Below are positions 54,021 through 64,000 of a stretch of DNA of 64,000 nucleotides, piece by piece (positions within the stretch are counted from its first letter, which is position 1; every line of letters begins with the position of its first letter). Position numbers and translations under genes: made by a program. This stretch comes from Hydrolagus colliei (lineage: Eukaryota): the NCBI GenBank assembly GCA_035084275.1, contig CM068750.1, positions 9,796,001-9,860,000 of the forward strand, in the 5' to 3' direction. The notes under the pieces are model-generated. The model saw only the letters and a program-made list of their open reading frames with translations. It searched no databases and was not told the DNA's origin.

Positions 54021-55866
54021 AAGTTGCTTGGGGAAAAATTGAGGTTTCTCTCAGACTCTCAGATCAGAACAATTCCCCACCCAATTTCCTTCTGAACCAG
54101 CAATGGGAAGCAAAATTATTTTGTTGATGAATACTAATGCACCAATTAACTTTCAAAAATTTAGTAAAATTCAATTGTATGTTTTTGAGAAAGTTTCACT
54201 GTGCTGGGCAATATCATTAAAATAAAATATTTGACAGATTTGCTCTGCATTATGTACATTCGAATTTATGTGACACAAAATGTGAAAAAAAGGCTTTCTT
54301 TTAAGTAGTTGACCTATTGACTAGATTCGCAATGTGTAAATTAGTAGTCGTGAAAGGTGCTCTATAAATGTAATTTTGTTGTTTTTGTTATAGTACAAAA
54401 TAAACAGATCCAATAAAGACTTCTACCTTGGACTGGTTTATTGGATAAACAGTTTTCCTCTCACAAAGTTTCTGATCTCAATCTTGTCATTGGGTCGGGG
54501 TATAAAGTGTACAGCAAAGCAATCCTGTCCATGATCATTAAAAAGGTGCAAATGACTACTACATTTCATAGTTTCTGGCCTGGAACCATTTAATAAAAAA
54601 TACATTGCTTGCTTATATTCATGAAACATTTTGGCATAAAAAATAAAAATTGAAACCAGGATGAAACTGGGAAGAAAAAGTGTTCTATAAAGACACTGCT
54701 AAATTACCAAATACAAACTATAAATTACACAATGCTCTAATTTGTTAAGATATGCAATAATGCAGCACAAGGTACAAAGGAATGAAGAATAGCCATTGCA
54801 TTTGCTCCACCGTGTAACCGTCCATTTGAGACCTGTAAAGACCAATTACAATATCCTCCTGCCTGAATTGACTGTCAGCTTCTGTTTGGAGAGAAAGCGA
54901 TCCTGATGTTTTGAAGAACTGATTAATAATCATTCATTGTAAGAGCTGAGACTTTCTACTTCCTACAAGACTTCATTCCTCAACCTTTTTGGATTCTTAA
55001 GATTCATTCTATGATGCAGCATAGCTAACGCGATTTTTAAAAAAATGTAGAATTACATAGGATTAGAATTACATAGGATGCTTGAAGAAACAGTATCGCA
55101 CAGAAACTAAGCACTCAAAAATCATCAATACAGACCTAATGTGTCAAATGGCCTGTTCCTGGTGTATAACACTCTTTGATTCTATTTTATTTTTCCTAGT
55201 TCATAGTATTTGTGCTTTTGTATGTTCTGTTTTTTCCTAATTTCCTTTAAGTGCTTTTGCTTTCAATAAACACATCATTGGTTTAAGCCTGTATCAGATT
55301 GCAATACTTCTGTCTGCTGATAGACTCTGAGGCGTAGCCAGAGGCTATATGCTAGATTATCAAGGATCACATAGTTAGATCCTGTAGCAGTCATCTACTA
55401 CTTAAAAACACGCGTTAGCCAAAAGGGTGCAATTGTTGTTAATTAGAGATGCGGTCTCCAATGTGTGTACAGGTTAACACATGAAAGTTCCTAAAGTTCC
55501 AGCCTGAACTTCGCAGCAATCAAATAGTCTGAAATTAAATTCTCAAGACAACCTTCTAGGAAATAATTGTCAAGTCAATAGAAATACTATCCGATGAAAA
55601 CAAATCTTTCACACTAAAGCTGTAATGGAAATGCTGCTGACACGTAATTAAAAATGAAGGTAACTATGCAGAAGTTCCAAAATAAGAGGCATGGAAAGCC
55701 ATATATGATACAAGAACATTAAGTGTAACAGAGTTTCCCCATTCTGTTGAACCAAAATATTTTCAGGATTTTTTTTTGGCAGGTTCTGTTCTTTGGTGAT
55801 ATCATGGTCAACCGAACCAGGACAGAACATTTTTTAAGTAAACTTTCCGATATAAAGGAAACCTAC

Positions 55867-55972
55867 CTGTTCCAGTAGCTCCAGAATTGGTCCTGTAGAT
55901 AGGATTGGTGACTGCATTCATCTCCAAACGAGGCTTTGCTTTCAATCCAGTGAATCACATGACCTTCAACAG
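55867..55972 (-). CDS. CDIN1: CDIN1 penultimate coding exon, 106 bp: (A)[34 protein letters not shown](R), containing the ExK motif
   Basis: ccttttgttttataaag|CTGTTGAAGGT...TACTGGAACAG|gtaggt. Near-identical to recalled human [35 protein letters not shown]. Confidence 0.97.
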
Positions 55973-56077
55973 CTTTATAAAACAAAAGGATAGATTACAA
56001 TAACAAATTTACATTTGTATAGCGCCTTTCACATCTCACCTTTTGTAATCCTCTAAACCGTCCACTGGATAAAGCAG

Positions 56078-56535
56078 ACAACAACAACAACAAATTAGAC
56101 TTATAGAGCGCCTTTCACGTCGGGAGGGCGTCCCAAGGCGCTGCACAGGAGGCGTGTGACCCGAGCTGGGAGGGGAGTGTTCGGGAGGGGGTAAAAAAAA
56201 CATGGGGGAGGTCGAAAAATTAGGGGGGGAACAAAAGGCACGGTCCAAAAGGAAAGTCTTCAAACCGGCCTTGAAAGAGGAAAGGGAAGAAACAAGGCGG
56301 AGGGATTGGGGGATGGAATTCCACAAGGTGGGAGCGGAGAAACTGAAGGCCCGGCCTCCGATGGAGGGCGGTTCGGGCGAGGGGCTTGGAGCAAACCAAG
56401 TCCTGCTGGACGGAGGGTCCGGTGGGCTTATAGGGGGAGAGTAGATCGGATAGGTAGGGCGGGGCAAGGCCGAGTAGGGCTTTGAAAACGAGGACAAGGA
56501 TCTTGAACTCGATCCTCTGGGGGATGGGGAGCCAG
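56078..56535 (-). mobile_element. Young, CpG-rich L2 LINE 3' end
   Basis: GGRAFSFSAPTLWNSIPQSLRLVSSLSSFKAGLKTFLLDRAF and a (TTG)n tail. Confidence 0.93.
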
Positions 56536-56624
56536 ACAATTCAATGGAAGACATTGAAGAGGTCTGAAAGACATTTAACCTGCACTGCACAGATTTCAAC
56601 TTTTATATAACTCTCTTGTTTCAA

Positions 56625-56870
56625 AGTCTTCATCAAAGGCCATCTAGGCATTTTAGCCACTCTGCCTCCAACCTCTGGAATTCCATCCCGCAATCCCTTC
56701 GCCTTGCCTCCTTCAAATTCCGCCTCAAGACCCTTCTCTTCAACGGTCCCATTGGTGACCCCCTCTTCCCTCCTTTCCAACTACCCTGCCCGATTCCGAC
56801 CCCAGATCTGAAACACTGACACATCCTGACGTGAAAGGCGCTATACAAATCTAATTTTGCCTTTGTTGTA
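56625..56870 (+). mobile_element. L2 LINE 3' end
   Basis: FSHSASNLWNSIPQSLRLASFKFRLKTLLF and tail GTGAAAGGCGCTATACAAATCTAATTTTG. Confidence 0.9.
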
Positions 56871-56959
56871 GTGAGAACTGTGTCAGTCTGATCAACATTG
56901 AGCTTAAGAAAGCTATAGCACATGTAGTCAGACAAAATGGTAATGGCCCTGAAATGAAA

Positions 56960-57430
56960 TGGGGGACTCTGGGATGGAGACCAGAGAATGGGAGCAGAAA
57001 TGGCTGAAGGCATGTCCATCAATGGTGGGGCAGGTGTGACAGGTGTGGCAAGGGTGGCAGGGGGCTTGGAGAAAACCAAGTCCTGCTGGACGGAGGGTCT
57101 GGGTGGGCTTATAGGGGGAGAGTAGATCAGATAGGTAGGGTGGGGCAAGGCCATGTAGGGCTTTGAAAACGAGGACAAGGATCTTGGGGGATGGGGAGCC
57201 AGGGGATGTGAAGCAGCCTGGAGCCCACCGAGTGGAGTGCGTGGGCAGGTTGGTAGAGGGTTAAGAGGGTTAAGAGGCTGCAGAGGTGGAGGGAGCAAGG
57301 CCATGGAGGGTTTTGAACGTGAGGACCAGGACCTTGAACCATATCCTCTGTATGATGGGAAGCCATTGGAGTCAGGAGAGGGTGAGAAGGGAATAGATCA
57401 ACTTTGAAGAGGGAGATAGGTAAGGTGAGG
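56960..57430 (-). mobile_element. Older L2 fragment with an embedded near-identical copy of part of the neighbouring young L2
   Basis: L2 ORF2 motifs; 57061-57202 duplicates 56381-56535. Confidence 0.82.
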
Positions 57431-59128
57431 GTTATGAAAACCAGCACAGACTAATTGGGCCAACTGGCTTATTTCTGTACCACATCACTCAATGTAATTC
57501 TGTGCAACTATCTAATATATTGGAAGCTTAATCCCATGTTCGAGGATTATATTGCTAAAGTGCCACACGCAGGTAAGGACGAAGAGAGGAACAAAGAAAG
57601 GTCTTTGGAGTATACTGGAGATGATGGTTTGATGTGCCAGATAAATTTGATATCACAGTTGGGAGAGAAAGATGAAAATGGAGCTCAAATTAGGGAACAT
57701 TTCCTCACAAACTCATTTTTCCAAAAGGCACAAACAGTCCCATTAAATACATTGATATAGTTGGGACATAGTTTCCAGATTCTTCACCCAAAGGATGTTT
57801 ATTATTTTCATCCAAAGCTACATCAGCTATTAATAACCAGGTGACCTTCCTCCATCCTCATAGCTATCTGTCGCTTCCCAAAAATTTATAAAGGCTCAAA
57901 TTAAAATTTGGTGTCCACCTTCCAGCTTTAACCAGATTTGTTAAAACAATTACATCTACTCTATCAACTGACACACAACCTTCAAGCTTGAATACCTTAT
58001 TCCGTACACTTCTCATAACAAAATGAAAAGAGTTGATCAGTTTTATAATGATCCCAGCTACTAGGTACAGTACTTGTTTATTGATTTTCACCTCCTGATT
58101 TCTTAATGCCTCACCTACTCCATCATCACCACTTACTCCAACCTATTATTTGCTTCTCATCATTCTTCATTTAATGCTTCACTTCTTCATGCTTCCAACC
58201 CACCACCCAATAGTTTAAATATTTTCCAATTATATGATACAAGTTCTAATGTTTAGCCCCATCCATTCACAACTTTATTTTAACCGTTTCAAACTGTTCT
58301 TGCCTTCTTGAATAATCTCAAATAAACTTGAGATTCCCCATTAAATTCTTTCAATGATTCTCTTTGCAAAATAATTTTAAACTTGTCGGCCATCAGTCAC
58401 TCTTTATGTTGCTGCTAAATTTCTTTGCCATCTATAGACTTTTGATTTTTTATTCCATAGTGTCTTCTCAAAGCATTTTTCTTTGTTCTTCTCATACTTT
58501 CAAAGACTCCCTTGAACCAGCTTCCTCCAGTAAACAAATTACTGACCTTCACTTGCATAACATTTTATCATTACTTTCTTCCCAACTTGAAATAAAATTT
58601 GATTACAGAATAGTTTTTCACCTTACTATACCTCTTGAAACACATGCATGTGCCAACCCTTGCACATTATGTTTATGCATGAATACTATTACAGTACTTG
58701 CATAATTCTCAAAATTATCCATTGTTTGAGGCAAAACAGTGTTTGAGAAAGAAACCTAATTAGCCCAATTCAAAAAGAAAAACAATCTACAGTTATCAGT
58801 ATGAATCTCAACAGTTCAAGTTTTTGAAGCAAAAAAAAGACACCCATACTTCGAAACCATATCCACTGCACAGAAAAGCTTCTTACGTGATTTGACTGAA
58901 GCAGAGGGAGGGAGGAAGAACAAAGTGAACACAACAGAAGACTTGTAGAGTGAGGAACGGTTGATCAGAAAGCCTCCAACGCAGAAGTCGTACAAGAAAA
59001 GCTCCAGTGATTTTTTTCCACCTCCATTGAACCGCCTAAATTGCCTGTGATACATAAAGTAGATCAAAGAATATACCCTATTCTGAAATTGGGTTGACGG
59101 GTTAAAATGGAAGATTTCTGAGACTTAC

Positions 59129-59194
59129 CAACTGGCACCTCTAAAATAATGTCAGGTGTTTTGTCATAGCCTTTGCCACGAAGCTGATCTTCAT
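59129..59194 (-). CDS. CDIN1: CDIN1 internal coding exon, 66 bp: (D)[21 protein letters not shown](A), containing the PD motif
   Basis: tttctttgctgtgtag|ATGAAGATCAG...GTGCCAGTTG|gtaagt. Matches recalled human [21 protein letters not shown]. Confidence 0.96.
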
Positions 59195-62047
59195 CTACAC
59201 AGCAAAGAAAAGTGATGCATCCATTATACCATATATATCATAAAACAGTATAAATAGCAAGGAAAAGAAAGCAGTTGATAATAAAATTTAAGCTACAGTG
59301 GATCATGCAACTAGTTCCTAATTATTACTTGATGTACGTCACAAGAATTGGGACTTAAGCAAAGAAGCAAAGCTTAACAGCGTTTTCCACCACTCTTGGG
59401 GCTTTAAATTTGCTTTCAGATCCTCAATTTATTTGAAGAAAGATTTTAAGGAAAATGTTAAAGAGATGGTAGTTCTGAGGAGTCAGAGGTTAGAGCGAAT
59501 ACTACCTGCATGATGCCAAATGTTTATTTTAATGTTATTCTAATTTTGTGGAATCTAACTCAGTCATATAAGTAACTTACTAGATATAAATGCATGCTGT
59601 TGCATTCTTTTTGAAAAACAAATTGTAAATAAATTAATCTTTCCTTTTTTCAATTGCCAAACATTATTTGGGTGTAATATTCAGGCAAAATAAGCACAAT
59701 ACAAGTGCAATGATGGACTTGAGCAAAGACCAACAAAAACAAAAATTCTCGCACATGCTTTTGCATACCATGTCAGATTAAAAAAATCTCCCCAAATGCC
59801 CCAAGTGTAAAAGTCAAAAAAAGGTTTCTTTTTGAATTTTTTTTTGTCATACTTATTAGGAAAGAGAATCAAACAAGTCTATATACCATGTAAATACAAA
59901 AATATTTGTAATTCTGACAATTGTCAGCATGTTCTGTTCTTGCCCAGTCAGTAGAGCGTCCTTGACTCTAAGTGCCTCTTTGCTATTATTTCTGAAACAC
60001 CTGATTTCTCCATTACATTTTGGGTGACCTGGTCATTCAATTCCAGACATGCCTTTCTGTCTTCACCCAACCTAAACTAATAGCTAAAACAAGTAACAGA
60101 GAAGGTTGTGTGGTCTCTTTTAACACCTACTGGGCTGTTGACATTGCGGCACAGCCTACTCTCCTTTTCACATCACCTCTGATTAAAATTAATGGCCCAT
60201 TCCACTGCTGGGTAGCCAATTTCCAATCCATTTATCAGCAGAGGACAGTAGTTTCATGGCCAATGTTCTGAAACTCTGACAGTTTAAGAACATTTTGCTG
60301 TTGTGCCTCATGACAAAACTCCAAGGTCAATATAATTTGAAGTCCATACAATTGATAAGCCTTAGAGTAAGTAACTATGAGTTCTAATTGGTATTTACTG
60401 AGGTGCCATTGTTCCATTGACTTTCATTTTTCCAGCTATATTTTAAACAAATAATGTTCAATGTTTGGAACAATTCTAACTAAGACTATGGCTTGTATAG
60501 AAGAACTGCCATCTGTTTCCGATAGACATTTCTTCTATTTTTCTAAAAAAAGTTGAAAGCAGATTTTTCAATTTGAAAACCTTTTTTGACCATTATTCCC
60601 AAAAATGCTGTTTCATAGCCAGTGAACTAACCTTGTTACAATGTAATCTTCTATTACTACGTAAATAACTACCCATTTTGCTTATGCCCAGAAGTGTCAC
60701 GGATAACAGGACTCCTTCTACAAGTACATTACTGAGTATGCTACATAGGCACTCTCCAGATGCTTTGCAATTTTAAGGGAAGACAAGATTCTGCCATTCA
60801 GAAAGGGAAAGTCAATTTGAATGGCGGAAAGATTAATACAAGTACCATAATGTGTAACAGCCGAAGAGAGTCTGGTATCAATGAACAAATATGATGTCCC
60901 CAGATTTCTCCCTCCAATTAAACATTCAGAGGGACCACATGCTGCCCAAACCCTATCAAACCCAGCAATCAGGAAGCTCCTGGAACTACCTTCCTGCCTT
61001 GACCCAAATCACTTCCCAGGAATGAGGTCAGCCTTGACAATACTCTATTGGTAATGCTGTTCCAAGTGAACAGCATAAGATCCTGAATGTAAGTATCCAG
61101 ATGCACCGTGTAATCTATAATGTACCATGATGCAAGAAAGTATGTAAACTTTACTTAATTCAATAAAAATGTGAAGGAAACAGCACAGAAGCAATCAGGC
61201 TAAAAATGGTGTTGATCCTTTTGGAACCTGGTGCATTATCACAGCCACAAATTCAATGGTAATTTAAACTCTCATACACAATACCTGAACACGATATCTA
61301 GCCCTATGTTACATGGCATACCCGTACCCCCAAAATAATAATAAGGAACGAAAGAAGGGACAGAAGTAAATTTTTCCAGTGTTAAAATGCAAGTGAAATG
61401 TAAGAGTTTTATATTTGGGCTTCTAGCACATCAAATACAAATATTTATACTGGCAGATGGGAATGAAATCCTATAATGAAGTTGTTTATCCAGAAGCACT
61501 TTCAAAAACATGAACAGATTCAAATAAGTAGAAATGGTAGCAAGATGCAAACATGTTACTGTTTGGATCTACTCTACTACTGCCCACGTTCTCTGCCCCA
61601 AGAATACATCAGTGAGAATTTCTCATTCATCTCCCTTGCAGATACCACTTACATATCTGATAGTTGCTTCCTGCAACTCTGTTTCTTTGATATGTAAACC
61701 ATCTCTTAAGCACGATTCCCTGTGCTACTTTTTAGGTCTCTGAAGACAATAGATCCTGTATGTAATTTCTGGGTAGCAAAAGTATTCCAGAAGCAGATAT
61801 TAAAAAGGTATTTTTCTACCTACTTATTGCATAAAATATTAATTACTAGCCTGTACATGTATTGCATATAAGAGTATTAGGTAACTGATTTCCTGTCGAG
61901 TTCTAAATCAATATAAGATAACATGAACAGCATCAATCATCTTGTCTCTTCTTTAACTTGCAAATACAATGCAGATGCCTTTTTCCTCAAGTAAATACTT
62001 ATTAAATATTTCAGTGTGCATCCAAGTGTTGTACTATCCATTCTTAC

Positions 62048-62115
62048 CTAAAAAGGACATTTGTTTCCTCTGTAATTCCTCTCGAAGCAGTGATTCGCGT
62101 TCCTGTCCAATGGCA
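62048..62115 (-). CDS. CDIN1: CDIN1/C15orf41 internal coding exon, 68 bp: (H)AIGQERESLLREELQRKQMSFL(D)
   Basis: Minus strand reads ccttttaccccaatag|TGCCATTGGACAG...TCCTTTTTAG|gtaaga. Translation aligns with human C15orf41 as recalled ([22 protein letters not shown]). Phase fits the next exon. Confidence 0.93.
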
Positions 62116-62539
62116 CTATTGGGGTAAAAGGTTAAGGAAAGGAAGCCTAAGATTCACAGGACTGCAACAATGGTTGTGTTAGAATCTGTTGTCGTAGAAA
62201 AAAAATCAATTTTTCTAACTGCACACAGCATTCAATTTTTTTTAAAAAAGGGCTGAATTCAACCTTTGTTTTAACTCTGAATAGACTAAGTAATTTTACA
62301 CTAAAAACAACAGGAAATGTGTCAGTAATAACCAAATTGTGACTACATAAAAACTGTTATTCAATACCCAAAAAATTAGATTGAATTGTTAAACGTAAAT
62401 ATTAATTAGCTGAAGAACGGTGTTGCAATATCTATTGTGATACCACCAAGTATCATCAAAAATTATTTAAGGTATAAGTATGAAAACATTAAAAAGAGGG
62501 AAAAAAAAGTCAAATGTACAAATTATGCACTACTGAAGC

Positions 62540-62830
62540 GTGAGCAGGTGTGACATGTATGAATACTGCTGTCCAGGAAGGTATCTTGTTTGGTCTCTAG
62601 TCTGTGTTGATCTTAGACAAGATGGTTTTGGGGGTGATGCAACTGGGTTTAAGGGAAGAGGAAGGAAGTAAAAAGAAATTCAGCCAAGTTTCTCCACTCC
62701 TAGTTGTTATGCAGTAGTAGAAAGTGCATGTGTGGTCGTCAAGTGATGACAGGATGGGGCTCAGCTGTGGTACCCCCTATGGCTGTGTAGCCCACTGGCA
62801 CAAGGCTCTCTCTCTCTCTCATACATACAC
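62540..62830 (+). mobile_element. MER131-like ancient SINE
   Basis: AAATTCAGCCAAGTTTCTCCACTCCT...GAAAGTGCATGTGTGG...GACAGGATGGGGCTCAGCTGTG. Confidence 0.55.
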
Positions 62831-64000
62831 ACAGAATGGCCACTAAGATTGGTGGGTTGCTGGTGCTGGAGAAATTGTGCCCAAGTATGAGTGATTGCCT
62901 TGAGGGGAGCAGGGTGTACGTAAAGGAACATAATTTAGCAGGAGAAAGCAAGACACAAATGTATGAGGGCTCTATAATGTGCACATAAAAATACTACTCA
63001 CATCTGCTTTCACATTAACCTGGTGCATTTAAAATTATATTGCATGGATCAGGGGACAAAGCATACAAATAGTATCAGAGTCCACATCTTCAGCAGTTAA
63101 GTGATTGAACTTCCCAGAAACATTCAAACTTCCTGAAAACCAGTCTCCTGACATCCATGCTGTTTTGTTGTTGCTCCTTCACATATGTTTAGATAGTTAT
63201 ATTTAAAATCAATATGCAATCCTTCACAAGACATTATCCTTGTAAAACCTCAACTTCAAAATTGATTTCTTTTTAAATCACCTGATCTACTAAAGCTAGA
63301 ATATTCTTAACCTTAAATAAGTTTATCATAGTTTTTGATCAGGTAGTTTCACACAAAAAGGGCATAGCCCAATCCTGATTTTCAATCCTGAAGAACACAT
63401 TTTATTGTAGGAATCCAGATTTCACCTGAATAACTTATCACAAATAACAATTAAAAACCTTACATTGAACACATTAAAGCAATTGACTAAATAATAAGAA
63501 CTTTTCAACTTCATGTATTATTTACCCAAATAGTCAATACTTGTGGCCCACCACTCCATATCTAGTGTTCCAAAGCCTATGAACAATAAACCTTTAGTTT
63601 AATTGAACTTCAACTGCATTGAAACTGAGAAAGTCTTGTATTTTTTTAAAAAAATGTAATGTTTTCATTAATAATTTTTGTTTGTATAAAACTGCCTCTG
63701 CTCTATTGAAGATCCTGACTCATACTGAATTACACAAACATAGCTTCATTGAATGTTTTATCTAGAATTGAACAGTTGGTCTATGTAATCATAGATCTTT
63801 AGGATACTCATAGCTCGATGGAATTTACAAGTTTAAGGAACTGGCCTTTTTCTCTTTAAACATTTTTACATTGTACTCCATGATGCTGAAATAAACAATA
63901 ACAACAACAATAGAGCCATTCAAATAATATCCAGGATTTTTTTTTAAAAATGCTCCAAAAGAAAAACAAAATGTAAAGTGAAACAAAAATAAACTTCTAT

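Larger units (their letters stand above)
9180..55866 (-). other. CDIN1: Last intron of CDIN1 (46,687 bp, GT-AG)
   Basis: Defined by the flanking exon boundaries. No intervening CDIN1 coding sequence is missing. Confidence 0.92.

Noticed and set aside
56036-57447. Longest ORFs in the track (187 aa, 223 aa, 106 aa)
   Set aside because: They run through GC-rich L2 fragments, partly off-frame; not host genes.
62116-64000. Next upstream CDIN1 exon (expected CIVNDCCYGPLVDCIK)
   Set aside because: No matching sequence found; it lies beyond the window end.
1-64000. CRISPR arrays, operons or other prokaryotic or viral systems
   Set aside because: No regularly spaced repeats or long ORFs; the sequence is intron-rich vertebrate DNA.

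Overview
AT-rich vertebrate genomic DNA, not prokaryotic; none of the track ORFs is a real stand-alone gene. The window holds the last four coding exons of CDIN1 (C15orf41, Codanin-1-interacting PD-(D/E)XK nuclease) on the minus strand: 62048-62115, 59129-59194, 55867-55972 and 9026-9179. All have GT-AG boundaries and compatible phases, and the last intron is 46.7 kb. The rest is repeats: tRNA-Ala-headed Deu-type SINEs, older SacSINE1/AmnSINE1-like and MER131-like SINEs, L2 and CR1 3' ends, Penelope-like relics and two pogo/Tigger-type MITEs. This repeat mix suggests a cartilaginous fish such as a chimaera (inference). In other vertebrates CDIN1 lies tail-to-tail with MEIS2. The long intron contains repeat-poor blocks rich in MEIS/PBX-HOX motifs, and the 3' UTR has a perfect DR5 retinoic acid response element; both are candidate MEIS2 regulatory elements. 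Other oddities are a fold-back Tigger MITE with two inverted transposase 5' ends, a young local inverted duplication fused to an L2 tail, and a candidate alternative last exon. I see no evidence for a wholly new biological system. Repeat family names and human comparisons are from memory and need database confirmation.
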